Assembly (NCBI GenBank): GCA_009923755.1
Contig: RFSW01000002.1
Coordinates: 1-54,082 of the forward strand
Reading direction: 5' to 3'
DNA length: 54,082 nt
Origin: Betaproteobacteria bacterium
GTDB taxonomy: Bacteria; Pseudomonadota; Gammaproteobacteria; Burkholderiales; UBA3065
This document shows positions 20,638 to 30,059 of the stretch, piece after piece. Below the pieces are notes generated by a model. The model was given only the letters and a program-made list of their open reading frames with translations, had not been told where the DNA came from and did not search any database. A program made the position numbers and the translations under genes. Numbering within the stretch: the stretch's first letter is position 1; every line of letters begins with the position of its first letter.

Positions 20638-22824
20638 TCAACTGCTGCCACTGCGGGTACGTGCCAGCCGCACCACCTCGGGCAGCTTGCGCAGATTGCG
20701 CATGACGTGGGCCAGTTGCACGCGGTTGGCCACTTCGATGGTGAAGCGTACCGTGGTGTAAGCACTGCCGGTGTCGGCCTCATCCACCGATACGCCGCTG
20801 ATGTTGGACTCAGCCTCGGCGATGGCCTTGGCGAGCTCCGCCAGCACGCCCGGCTTGTGGGCACTGACCACGCGGATGGTGACCGGGAACAGACCCTCCA
20901 TATGCGCGTCCCATTCCACATCGACCCAGCGTGAGGCCTCCGTGCGGCGCCGCTTGCGACGCACCGCCGGGCAATCGTGCGTGTGGATGACCAGCCCGCG
21001 ACCGCGGTCGATGAGGCCGATGATCGGATCGCCCGGTACCGGCTGACAGCAGCTCGCATATTCAATGGCGCCCGCCTCGCTGCCTTGCACGGTGATGGCG
21101 CCAAGGCCATGCACGCTGCCATCGGCCTCCTCGATACGCAGCAGGCTGCGCGCCACCTCCAGCGCTTGCCGCTTGCCGGTGCCGATCTCCACCAGCAGCT
21201 CGTCGCGACCAGCCAAGTGCATCTGGTGGGCCAGCTGCTGCCACTGCCGCGCACCGACATCGCCGATGTGATGATGAAATGCGTGCAGGGCCTGATCGAG
21301 CAGACGCTCGCCCAGCATCACCGACTCCTCGAACCGCAAGGTGCGCAAGAAATGGCGGATCTGGTGGCGGGCCTTGCCGCTCACCACAAAGCTCAGCCAG
21401 CGCGGATTGGGGCTGGCATTGGGTGCAGTCACCACCTCGACGCGGTCACCGTTGCGCAACTCGGTACGCAATGGCGCCAACTGGTCGTTGACACGCGCGG
21501 CGATGCACCGGTCACCGATGTCGGTATGCACCGCGTAAGCAAAATCGACCACCGTGGCGCCCCGCGGCAATGCGAGGATCTTGCCGCCCGGCGTGAACAC
21601 ATAGACCTCGCCGGGAAAGAGATCGACCTTGAGCTGCTCAAGGAATTCGCCCGCATCCGGGCTGTCGGCCTGGGCCTCGATGAGCGTTTGCAGCCAGCGC
21701 GTGGTCGACAGCTGGATGTCGGACAAGGCCGATTCCGGCTTGCGGTACAACCAGTGCGAGGCCACACCCGTCTCGGCAAAGCGGTGCATCTCATAGGTGC
21801 GGATCTGCATCTCGACCGGGTTGCCGTAGGGCCCGAACAGGGTGGTGTGCAGGGACTGATAGCCGTTGGCCTTGGGGATGGCGATGTAGTCCTTGAACTT
21901 GCCGTGGATCGGCTTGTACAGCGAATGCAGTGCGCCAAGGGCGAGGTAACAGTTGGGCTGGTCGCGCACCACCACCCGTAAGCCGTAGATGTCCATGACT
22001 TGCGAGAACGACAGGTGCTTCTCGGCCATCTTGCGATAGATGCTGTAGAGCGTCTTCTCGCGCCCCTTGACCTCGCCCTCCACGCCGTACTCGCGCAATC
22101 GGGCACCAACATCCTCGGCCAGCCTTTGCAGGATCTCGCGGCGGCGCCCGCGCATCTTGCCGAGCTCGTTCTCGAGCACGCGGTGACGATCCGGGTAGAG
22201 GTGGCGGAACGACAAGTCTTCAAGCTCATCGACTAGCCGTGCCAGCCCCAGCCGGCGGGCGATCGGCGCATAGATCTCGAGGGTCTCGCCGGCCACGCGC
22301 CGCGCCTTCTCGGCCTTGACCGCGCCCAGCGTGCGCATGTTGTGCAAGCGGTCGGCGAGCTTGATAAGGATGACGCGGACATCGCGCGACATCGCCAGCA
22401 GCATCTTGCGGAAGTTCTCTGCCTGCGCCTGTTCACGCGAGGCGAAGTGCATCCGGTCGAGCTTGGACACGCCTTCGACCAGATGCGCCACCTTGTCACC
22501 GAAGCGCGAACCGATCTCGGCAATGTCGACGCCGGTGTCCTCGACCACGTCATGCAGAAGCGCTGCGGATAGGGCGTGGGCGTCCAAGTGCCATTGCGTC
22601 AGCACCTCGGCAACAGCGATCGGGTGAGTGATGTACGGTTCACCGCTGGCGCGGTACTGACCGCTGTGGGCGTCGCGCGCGCAATCAAAAGCGTGCGTCA
22701 GCAACTCGCGATCGGTCGGCTTCAGGTAGCCGCCACAACGCTCGACGAAGTCGCGAAACACCGCCTCCGGATCGACCTCATCGTGGTCCGGCGTACGGCG
22801 TTCGGCTTTGGCGAAGGCGGTCAT
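20638..22824 (-). CDS. spoT: bifunctional (p)ppGpp synthetase/hydrolase SpoT
   Basis: 728 aa. HD domain HPIAVAEVL...LLHDVVEDT, synthetase region YIAIPKANGYQSLHTTL, and TGS and ACT-like C-terminus. It follows gmk-rpoZ as in the classical operon. Confidence 0.93.
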   Translation of the reverse strand: MTAFAKAERRTPDHDEVDPEAVFRDFVERCGGYLKPTDRELLTHAFDCARDAHSGQYRASGEPYITHPIAVAEVLTQWHLDAHALSAALLHDVVEDTGVDIAEIGSRFGDKVAHLVEGVSKLDRMHFASREQAQAENFRKMLLAMSRDVRVILIKLADRLHNMRTLGAVKAEKARRVAGETLEIYAPIARRLGLARLVDELEDLSFRHLYPDRHRVLENELGKMRGRRREILQRLAEDVGARLREYGVEGEVKGREKTLYSIYRKMAEKHLSFSQVMDIYGLRVVVRDQPNCYLALGALHSLYKPIHGKFKDYIAIPKANGYQSLHTTLFGPYGNPVEMQIRTYEMHRFAETGVASHWLYRKPESALSDIQLSTTRWLQTLIEAQADSPDAGEFLEQLKVDLFPGEVYVFTPGGKILALPRGATVVDFAYAVHTDIGDRCIAARVNDQLAPLRTELRNGDRVEVVTAPNASPNPRWLSFVVSGKARHQIRHFLRTLRFEESVMLGERLLDQALHAFHHHIGDVGARQWQQLAHQMHLAGRDELLVEIGTGKRQALEVARSLLRIEEADGSVHGLGAITVQGSEAGAIEYASCCQPVPGDPIIGLIDRGRGLVIHTHDCPAVRRKRRRTEASRWVDVEWDAHMEGLFPVTIRVVSAHKPGVLAELAKAIAEAESNISGVSVDEADTGSAYTTVRFTIEVANRVQLAHVMRNLRKLPEVVRLARTRSGSS

Positions 22825-22963
22825 ACGGTGTCTGGGTCATGGCGCAGTTGGTGTAAGCACCAGATTACACGCTCGTGACCCCAGACGCCGGTGCGGTGGC
22901 GCAACCCCCGCTTGGTGCGACCGCCGGCCGGCTCGACGGTCAGTGGCCGTTTCCGGCCGCCAC

Positions 22964-23167
22964 TCAGATCGAGCGGTTGAGCAGCTCGCGCCCGACCAGA
23001 CCGGCAGCGACCTCGCGCAGCGCCATCACGGTGGCCTTGTCGCGGCTGGGCGGCAGCTGCGTGTCAGCGCCATTGGCCAGCTGGCGGGCCCGCTGCGTGG
23101 CCACCAGCGTCAGTTCAAAACGGTTGGGGATGGCATGCAGACAATCGTCGACGGTGATACGGGCCAT
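22964..23167 (-). CDS. rpoZ: DNA-directed RNA polymerase subunit omega
   Basis: 67 aa, [30 protein letters not shown]. Confidence 0.95.
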   Translation of the reverse strand: MARITVDDCLHAIPNRFELTLVATQRARQLANGADTQLPPSRDKATVMALREVAAGLVGRELLNRSI

Positions 23168-23234
23168 GGTGTCTCCTGGCGGGTTCGATACGATGAGTCA
23201 AAAGCCCGAACGGGGCTGCCGAGCGCGCCCGGCG

Positions 23235-23852
23235 TCAGCGGAAGAAATCGCCGAACAAACCGGCGTGGCGCGCCGCCTGCCGCGCATGGCGCAGACGAGA
23301 GGCCCTGACGACCGCCGCCAGATCGGCGATGGCGGTCTCCAAGTCTTTGTTGATTATAGCGTAATCGTAGTCGCGGGCATGCGCGATCTCGGCCCGGGCC
23401 GCAGCCAGCCGGCGCTCGATGACAGCATCCGCATCGGTGGCGCGAGCACGCAAGCGGCTCTCCAGCTCGGTCAGCGAAGGCGGCAGGATGAAGATGCTCA
23501 CCGCCTCCGGCATCAGCGCTCGCACCTGCGCTGCGCCCTGTGTGTCGATATCGAGCACGACATCGCGGTCGGCCTGTAACTGAGCGTCGATCCAGCTGCG
23601 CAGCGTGCCGTAGCGATGGCCGTGAACCTCGGCGTGTTCGAGGAACTCGCCGGCGTCGATGCGGCGACGGAACTCGTCATCGCCGACAAACAGGTAATCG
23701 ACGCCGTCACGCTCGCCGGCCCGCGGCGCACGGGTGGTGCAAGAGACGGAATAGACCACCTGCGGGTCGCGCGCCAGCAGGGCTTTGACCAACGTGGTCT
23801 TGCCGGCGCCGGAGGGCGCCGAGACGATCAGCAGATTGCCACTGGCCTTCAC
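23235..23852 (-). CDS. gmk: guanylate kinase
   Basis: 205 aa. GTG start at 23852 follows GAGGAGG. P-loop SAPSGAGKTT, then VSCTTRAPRAGERDGVDYLFV. Confidence 0.95.
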   Translation of the reverse strand: MKASGNLLIVSAPSGAGKTTLVKALLARDPQVVYSVSCTTRAPRAGERDGVDYLFVGDDEFRRRIDAGEFLEHAEVHGHRYGTLRSWIDAQLQADRDVVLDIDTQGAAQVRALMPEAVSIFILPPSLTELESRLRARATDADAVIERRLAAARAEIAHARDYDYAIINKDLETAIADLAAVVRASRLRHARQAARHAGLFGDFFR

Positions 23853-23864
23853 CCCATCGCCTCC

Positions 23865-24767
23865 TCAAGCCGCCTCGGTGAGGCGCAAAAAGACCTGCTC
23901 AAGGTCGGCGCGGCGCAGGGCCATGTCCTCGAGCCCGGCGCCGGCCTCGCGGATGGTCCCGAGCAAAGGCTCGACATCGGCAAGGTCCTCGAGCGGTGTG
24001 CTCCATCCCTCGCCCTCGGGCGTCAGCCGCGCGGCCACGTCGGCCGGCAGGCGGTCCGGCGCGGCCAGGCGCAGCCACAGGGTATGCCCGGCGTGTCGCG
24101 CCAGCAATTGCTCGGTCGGCTCCAGCGCCACCAGCCGCCCCTGCTTAAGCATCGCCACGCGGCCACAAAGCTCCTCGGCTTCCTCGAGGTAATGGGTGGT
24201 GAGGATGATGGTGTGGCCTTCGCTATTGAGGCGACGCATCAACGCCCACAGGCCTTGTCGCAGAACCACGTCGACTCCGGCAGTGGGTTCGTCGAGGATG
24301 ACCACCGGTGGCTTGTGGACCAAGGCCTGGCCCACTAGCACGCGCCGCTTCATGCCACCGGAGAGGCGTCGCATATTGGTGTCGGCCTTGTCGGTGAGGT
24401 CGAGGGCAGCAAACAGTTCATCGATCCAGGCATCGTTGTCACGCAGGCCAAAATAGCCGGACTGGATGCGCAGCGTCTCTCGCACGGTGAAGAACGGGTC
24501 GAACACCAGTTCCTGCGGCACCACGCCAAGCAGCCGCCGCGCCGCCGCGCCGTCTTTGACCACATCCGCCCCCATCACCCGCACGTCGCCCGAAGTCGGC
24601 CGCACCAGACCGGCGAGAATGCTGATGAGAGTGGTCTTGCCAGCACCATTGGGACCCAGCAGGGCAAAGAATTCGCCGCGCTCGACACGCAGGTCGATGC
24701 CATCGAGCGCACGCAGCGTGCCGTAGGTCCGGACCAGGCGTTTGATGTCGATGGCGGGAACCGTCAC
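23865..24767 (-). CDS. ABC transporter ATP-binding protein (ABC-2 / YadG-like), no cognate permease adjacent
   Basis: Track ORF 23865..25028 trimmed to GTG 24767, 9 nt after GGAG. GTG 24782 is also possible. Walker A GPNGAGKTT, signature LSGGMKRR, Walker B VVILDEPT. Confidence 0.85.
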   Translation of the reverse strand: MTVPAIDIKRLVRTYGTLRALDGIDLRVERGEFFALLGPNGAGKTTLISILAGLVRPTSGDVRVMGADVVKDGAAARRLLGVVPQELVFDPFFTVRETLRIQSGYFGLRDNDAWIDELFAALDLTDKADTNMRRLSGGMKRRVLVGQALVHKPPVVILDEPTAGVDVVLRQGLWALMRRLNSEGHTIILTTHYLEEAEELCGRVAMLKQGRLVALEPTEQLLARHAGHTLWLRLAAPDRLPADVAARLTPEGEGWSTPLEDLADVEPLLGTIREAGAGLEDMALRRADLEQVFLRLTEAA

Positions 24768-24792
24768 CGCATCGGTCTCCACCCGATCGGGC

Positions 24793-25119
24793 TCATGGCT
24801 TGGACAGGCCGAGCAGGGCGCCCACCTCGTATAAGCCGACGAGCCCGGCAAGCGCCGCCGAGGGTGGCGAGAAGCGCAGGTCGACGCCCTTTTGCAAGGC
24901 GTGACGCCGCGCCGCGAGGAGCGTGGCCACCGCCGACGAGTCGACAGTCTCCAGCTGCTCCAGACGCACTTCGCAGCAGCCGGCATCGATCGCGGCGCGC
25001 ATGGCCGCGAGGACACCAGCCGCCTCATCGACGGTCAGCGAGCCGGACAGGTGTAAGGGCGTGACGCTCAAGGCATGCGACTCGCGCGGCGCCGGGTCAC
25101 TTGGCCGCGGTGGCCGCAT
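24793..25119 (-). CDS. mlaB: STAS-domain protein, MlaB-like
   Basis: 108-aa ORF after mlaC. STAS-like core LSGSLTVDEAAGVLAAM...LEQLETVDSSAVATLLAARRHA. ATG 25119 overlaps the mlaC end by 23 nt. An alternative TTG lies at 25071. Confidence 0.7.
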   Translation of the reverse strand: MRPPRPSDPAPRESHALSVTPLHLSGSLTVDEAAGVLAAMRAAIDAGCCEVRLEQLETVDSSAVATLLAARRHALQKGVDLRFSPPSAALAGLVGLYEVGALLGLSKP

Positions 25120-25732
25120 CGCGCGGCGCGTTACGCTCGGCCAGCGACTTGATCAACCCGTTCAGGCCATCGCGCTGGACGATGCCACCGAACTCGGTAC
25201 GGTAATTCGTGACCAGACTCAGGTTCTCGATGGCGATATCGATCACGTGCCAGCCATCCGGCTGCCGCTCCACCGCCATCTCCATGGTCAGCGGCTGCAT
25301 GCCCGGACGCTTGACCAGCCCCTTGACCACCGCACGCTTGTCAGCAGGGCCGACATTGACCGGACGGTAGTCGATCTCGGCGCCGCGCAGGGTATCGAGC
25401 GAGGCGGCGTAGGTACGCACCAACAGCGTGCGGAACTCGCTGGTGAGGCGCGCCTGCTGTTCCGGGGAGGCATCGCGCCAGGCACGACCGACAGCCAGAC
25501 GGGTCATCGCCTGGAAGTCGATGAAAGGCAGGATCTTCTCGTCGATGAAGGCCAGCGCGCGCGCACGGTCCTTGCTGATGCTCGGATCCTTGGCCAAAGC
25601 AGTGATGACGTCCTCGCTGGCGCGCTTGGCCACGACGTGCGGCGCGAGTTCAGGGTCATTGGCAGCAAGTGCTGGCGCGCCGGTCGCCAACAGGAGGCCG
25701 AGAGTCAGCAACAGGCTGGAAATGATTTTCAT
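25097..25732 (-). CDS. mlaC: phospholipid-binding periplasmic protein MlaC (Ttg2D family)
   Basis: 211 aa. Signal peptide MKIISSLLLTLGLLLATGAPALA. Its position between mlaD and mlaB fits the operon order. Confidence 0.88.
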   Translation of the reverse strand: MKIISSLLLTLGLLLATGAPALAANDPELAPHVVAKRASEDVITALAKDPSISKDRARALAFIDEKILPFIDFQAMTRLAVGRAWRDASPEQQARLTSEFRTLLVRTYAASLDTLRGAEIDYRPVNVGPADKRAVVKGLVKRPGMQPLTMEMAVERQPDGWHVIDIAIENLSLVTNYRTEFGGIVQRDGLNGLIKSLAERNAPRDAATAAK

Positions 25733-25749
25733 GGGTTCTCCGGGTAGGA

Positions 25750-26226
25750 CTACTTGCCTTCAGCCGAGCCTTCTGCGGCCTTGTTGTAGAGGAACTGGCT
25801 GATCAACTTCTCGAGGACGATGGCAGATTGCGTGATCTGCAGTGTCGAGCCTTGCTTCAGGTTCTCGCTGTCGGCGCCGGCGTCAAAGCCGATGTACTGC
25901 TCACCCAACAGCCCTGCGGTCAGGATGGCGGCCGAGGTGTCGGCCGGAAACTGATAGCGCTTGTCGATGGCCAGGGTGGCGCGCGCCTTGTAGGTCTCGC
26001 GATTGAGCTGAATATTGGCGACCCGGCCCACCACCACGCCGGCGCTCTTCACCGGCGCACGCACCTTGAGCCCGCCGATGTTCTCGAAATCGCCATAGAC
26101 GGTATAGGTGTCGGAGACGTCGAAGGTGGCGCTCGCGTTGCCGACCCGCAGCGCCAGCACAAGGATGGCGCCGAGACCGGCCACCACGAAGATACCGACC
26201 CAGAGGTCCATGAGGGTTCTGTTCAT
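25750..26226 (-). CDS. mlaD: MCE-domain protein MlaD
   Basis: 158 aa. N-terminal TM LWVGIFVVAGLGAILVLAL, then the MCE core YTVYGDFENIGGLKVRAPVKSAGVVVGRV. Confidence 0.9.
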   Translation of the reverse strand: MNRTLMDLWVGIFVVAGLGAILVLALRVGNASATFDVSDTYTVYGDFENIGGLKVRAPVKSAGVVVGRVANIQLNRETYKARATLAIDKRYQFPADTSAAILTAGLLGEQYIGFDAGADSENLKQGSTLQITQSAIVLEKLISQFLYNKAAEGSAEGK

Positions 26227-26244
26227 GACGATCGCTCCAGAGGC

Positions 26245-27039
26245 TTACTGCCCGGTGAACATGAATGCGGTGAGGACGAAATCGAGTGCCAGGATGGCCA
26301 GCGCAGAAGTGACGACGGTACGCGTTGTAGCGCCGCTGACACCCTCAGCGGTGGGCGGCGCATCGTAGCCCTCGAAGGTGGCGATGGCAGCTACCGCGAC
26401 GCCGAACACCATGCTCTTGATGACGCCGTTGAGGACATCGTGACGGAAGTCTACCGCGGCCTGCATCTGGCTCCAGAAAGCGCCGGAATCGACGCCGATC
26501 AGCACCACGCCGATGAGATAGCCACCGAACACGCCCACCGCCGAGAACATCGCTGCCAGCAGGGGTAGCGAGATGACCGCGCCCCAGAAGTGCGGGCCGA
26601 CCACACGGGCGATCGGGTCGACCGCCATCACCTCCATGGCAGACAACTGCTCGGTGGCCTTCATCAGGCCGATCTCGGCGGTGATAGCGCTGCCGGCGCG
26701 ACTGGCGAACAACAGCGCCGAAACCACCGGGCCCAGCTCGCGCACCAGAGACAGCGCCACCAGCGTGCCGAGCGCCTCCGCCGAGCCATAGCGGACCAGC
26801 GTCTCGTAGCCCTGCAGCCCGAGCACCATGCCGACGAACAGGCCGCTGACGATGATGATGATGAGCGAGAGCACACCGCTAAAGTAGACCTTGCGCACCA
26901 CCAGGCCAAACCGGGTGAAGCTCAGCCCCGAACGCAGCAGCAGCAGCACGAAGAAGCGGGTGGCGTAGCCAAGCCGCCAGGTGCCGTCGATGACGTGGCG
27001 CCCGACCGTCGCAAAACCCTCCCGCAGCGGCTTAAGCAC
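26245..27039 (-). CDS. mlaE: ABC permease MlaE
   Basis: Track ORF trimmed to GTG 27039, which overlaps the mlaF stop by 8 nt. Multi-TM permease with the typical ...[27 protein letters not shown] segment. Confidence 0.9.
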   Translation of the reverse strand: MLKPLREGFATVGRHVIDGTWRLGYATRFFVLLLLRSGLSFTRFGLVVRKVYFSGVLSLIIIIVSGLFVGMVLGLQGYETLVRYGSAEALGTLVALSLVRELGPVVSALLFASRAGSAITAEIGLMKATEQLSAMEVMAVDPIARVVGPHFWGAVISLPLLAAMFSAVGVFGGYLIGVVLIGVDSGAFWSQMQAAVDFRHDVLNGVIKSMVFGVAVAAIATFEGYDAPPTAEGVSGATTRTVVTSALAILALDFVLTAFMFTGQ

Positions 27040-27844
27040 GCGTATCCCCGAGGCCAAAGTCGGCTTGCATCGAGCCGCCCGGAAAGTGGAAGCGCATCGG
27101 CCCGTCTTCCTCGCCGTAGATGAACTGGTGGACGAACGGGTCGGTGGTGTGACGCACCTCATCCGGGGTGCCCGAGGCAGCGATACGCCCATCGGCGATG
27201 AAGAACACCTTGTCGACGATCTTCAGCGACTCGGCGACATCGTGGGTGACCACCACCGAGGTCATCCCCAAGGTGTCGGTGAGCCGGCGGATCAGGTTGC
27301 CGGTGACGCTCAGCGAGATCGGGTCGAGCCCGGTGAAGGGCTCGTCGAACAAGACCAGCGCCGGGTCGAGCGCGATCGCACGGGCCAGCGCCACACGCCG
27401 GGCCATGCCACCGGAGAGTTGGTGCGGCATCAGCGCGTGCGCGCCTCGCAGGCCGACCGAATGCAGCTTGAGCAACACCAAGTCACGAATCAGGTCTTCC
27501 GGCAAGTCGGTGTGCTCGCGCAGAGGAAACGCGACGTTGTCGAACACCGAGAGGTCGGTGAACAAGGCGCCGAACTGGAACAACACACCGAGCTTGCGGC
27601 GGTGCCGCGCAAGGCCGGCGGTGTCCATCTGGTGGACCGCCTCGCCATTGACCAGCACCTCGCCGGAGGTGGGCCGCAGCATGCCGCTGATGAGCTTGAG
27701 CAGCGTGGTCTTGCCGCACCCCGAACCGCCCATGATGGCCACCACCTGCCCGCGGTCCATGGTCATGTCGATGCCGGTAAGGATCTTGCGCGCGCCGTAG
27801 GCGAACTCGAGCTTGCGGATGTCGACCAGGTGGTCGCCGGCCAT
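27032..27844 (-). CDS. mlaF: ABC ATPase MlaF
   Basis: 270 aa. Walker [10 protein letters not shown], signature [14 protein letters not shown], Walker [14 protein letters not shown]. Confidence 0.92.
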   Translation of the reverse strand: MAGDHLVDIRKLEFAYGARKILTGIDMTMDRGQVVAIMGGSGCGKTTLLKLISGMLRPTSGEVLVNGEAVHQMDTAGLARHRRKLGVLFQFGALFTDLSVFDNVAFPLREHTDLPEDLIRDLVLLKLHSVGLRGAHALMPHQLSGGMARRVALARAIALDPALVLFDEPFTGLDPISLSVTGNLIRRLTDTLGMTSVVVTHDVAESLKIVDKVFFIADGRIAASGTPDEVRHTTDPFVHQFIYGEEDGPMRFHFPGGSMQADFGLGDTRA

Positions 27845-27922
27845 CGGGCGGCTCTCCGGTGATAAGAATATCGATGCCGGATTCTAACAGCAGCATCGCT
27901 CCGGACCGCGGCCCCGGCGGCG

Positions 27923-29875
27923 TCAGATGAGCACCAGCTCAGCGGCCGCAAGTTGCTCGGGCGTGCCCAACAGCACCAGCGTATCCCCGGCTTCGAAGCG
28001 AAGGTCGGCGTCGGGCACGAGGGCAGGCCCGGGGCCGCGGCGCACGGCCTTGACCACCACGCCACTGCCGTCGAGACCGCAGTCGCCCAGCGTACGCCCT
28101 ACCGCGCGCGCCACCGGCGGCAGCTGCAGCGCCTGCAGGCGTGGCGCGGCACCATCGTCATCGTCGGTGATGCCGTGGAAGAAACCACGGAACAGATCGT
28201 AGCGCTGCTCGCGCATCTCGCGCATCTCGCGTAAAACGCGGTTGAGCGGCACACCAGCGAGCATCAGCGTCTGGCTGGCGAGCATCACGCTGGCCTCCAT
28301 CACCTCAGCCACCACCTCGGTGGCACCCGCGGCGCGCAGACGCTCGATGTCTTGATCGTCGCGGGTCCGCACCAACACCGGGAGGTCTGGCCGCAGGGCT
28401 TGCGCTTGCGCCAGCACGGCAAGCGCGACCTGGGTCTCAGCAAAAGTGATGACCAGCGCGCGGGCGCGCTGGATACCGGCCGCTTGCAGCACCTCGCGCC
28501 GCGCCGCGTCGCCGAACACCACCGTCTCGCCGGTCGCGGCGGCGCTCTGCACGTGCTGCGGGTCGGTGTCCAGCGCAATAAAGCTCACCCCGTCGCGGGC
28601 CAGGACACGTGCCAGTTGCTGTCCGGTACGGCCGTAGCCGCAGATCACCACGTGCTGCTCGGCGCCCATCGAGCGCATAGCGATCTGCGTCAGTTGCAGC
28701 GCCTGATTCATCCATTCGCTGCCGTTGAAGCGACGCAACAGCCGCGGGCTGTGCTCGATCAACAGGGGCGTGGCCAGCATCGACAGGATCACGGCGGGGA
28801 GCGCACTGGCCATGATGCGGGCTTCCAGCACCCCAGCCTCCTCGGCCAGCGAGAGCAGCACCAGCGCGAACTCGCCGGCCTGCGCCAGATAGATGCCGGT
28901 ACGCATCACACCCACGCGATCCTTGCTCGCGGTACGCGCTGCGAGCATCGCCAAGACCGCCTTCACGCTCATCAGCAACAGCGTCAGCAGCAGCACCTCC
29001 TGCCACTCGGCGAGGACCCCGAGAACATTGAGGTGCATGCCGACAGTGACAAAAAAGAGGCCGAGCAGCACGTCGCGGAAAGGCCGGATGTCGGCCTCCA
29101 CCTGGTACCGGTACTCGGTCTCGGAGATCAGCATGCCAGCCAAAAAAGCCCCCAGCGCAGCAGACAGTCCGGCCGCCTCGGTGAGCGCGGCGAGCGCCAG
29201 GGTGGTCAGCAGCACGTTGAGCATGAACAACTCTTCGGAACGCCGCTCGGCGACCAGGTGGAACCAGCGGCGAGTGAGTCCGGGGCCGACGGCGATAACC
29301 AGCGCCAGCACCACCGCGCCCTTGAGCAGCGCCATGCCGAGCGTCTGCAACAGATCCGGACCCTCGCCCGCCAGCGCCGGGATGAGGATCAGCAAGGGCA
29401 CCACGGCGAGGTCCTGGAACAGCAGCACGCCCATCACCAGGCGCCCGTGCAGGCTCTCGAGTTCGTGGCGCTCGACCAGTAACTTGCCGACCATGGCAGT
29501 GGAGGACATCGCCAGCGCGCCGCCGAGCACCAACCCTGAGCGCCAGTCCAGCCCGAACGCGAGACCGGCCAGCAGCACCATGCTCGAAGTGAGCAACACC
29601 TGCAGCCCGCCAACGCCGAACACCAGGCCGCGCATCGCCCGCAGCCGCGGCAGGCTGAACTCGAGACCGAGGGTGAACATGAGGAAGACGATGCCGAACT
29701 CGGCCAGCGTCTCGGTCTGCGTCGACTCGCGCACCCAGCCCAGCGCATTGGGCCCGAGCACCACGCCCACCAGCACATAGCCGAACAGGGCGGGCAGTCG
29801 CAGTGTGCGCACCGCCACCACCGCCAGCACGGCGCCGGCGAGCAGCAGGAGGACGGACAGGAGGCCGGGGGTCAT
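27923..29875 (-). CDS. monovalent cation:proton antiporter-2 (CPA2) family protein with TrkA-N/TrkA-C domains (KefB/YbaL-like)
   Basis: Track ORF trimmed to ATG 29875 (MTPGLLSVLLLLAGAVLAVVAVRTLRLPALFGYVLVGVVLGP). About 12 TM segments, then the Rossmann motif VVICGYGRTGQ. Confidence 0.88.
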   Translation of the reverse strand: MTPGLLSVLLLLAGAVLAVVAVRTLRLPALFGYVLVGVVLGPNALGWVRESTQTETLAEFGIVFLMFTLGLEFSLPRLRAMRGLVFGVGGLQVLLTSSMVLLAGLAFGLDWRSGLVLGGALAMSSTAMVGKLLVERHELESLHGRLVMGVLLFQDLAVVPLLILIPALAGEGPDLLQTLGMALLKGAVVLALVIAVGPGLTRRWFHLVAERRSEELFMLNVLLTTLALAALTEAAGLSAALGAFLAGMLISETEYRYQVEADIRPFRDVLLGLFFVTVGMHLNVLGVLAEWQEVLLLTLLLMSVKAVLAMLAARTASKDRVGVMRTGIYLAQAGEFALVLLSLAEEAGVLEARIMASALPAVILSMLATPLLIEHSPRLLRRFNGSEWMNQALQLTQIAMRSMGAEQHVVICGYGRTGQQLARVLARDGVSFIALDTDPQHVQSAAATGETVVFGDAARREVLQAAGIQRARALVITFAETQVALAVLAQAQALRPDLPVLVRTRDDQDIERLRAAGATEVVAEVMEASVMLASQTLMLAGVPLNRVLREMREMREQRYDLFRGFFHGITDDDDGAAPRLQALQLPPVARAVGRTLGDCGLDGSGVVVKAVRRGPGPALVPDADLRFEAGDTLVLLGTPEQLAAAELVLI

Positions 29876-29881
29876 CGCCCG

Positions 29882-29887
29882 ATTATA
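29882..29887 (-). promoter_or_regulatory. perfect TATAAT hexamer 6 nt upstream of the CPA2 antiporter ATG (possible leaderless transcript)
   Basis: Minus strand reads ccaTATAATcgggcgATGacc. No Shine-Dalgarno sequence lies between them and no convincing -35 is seen. Confidence 0.4.
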
Positions 29888-30059
29888 TGGAGCGGCAGGC
29901 GGCCCACCGAAAAGCGTTTGGCTACGGCCCGCCACAACAGCAACCGTCGCTGGCGGGGCGCATCGGGGAAGCTCTTCGCTGCGACCTCGCGAAGCTCGGG
30001 GAGCGAGAAGAGTGTCCCGATGGAAGCCCCGCCCGCCAAAGTCGACCCGAGAAGGGCCC

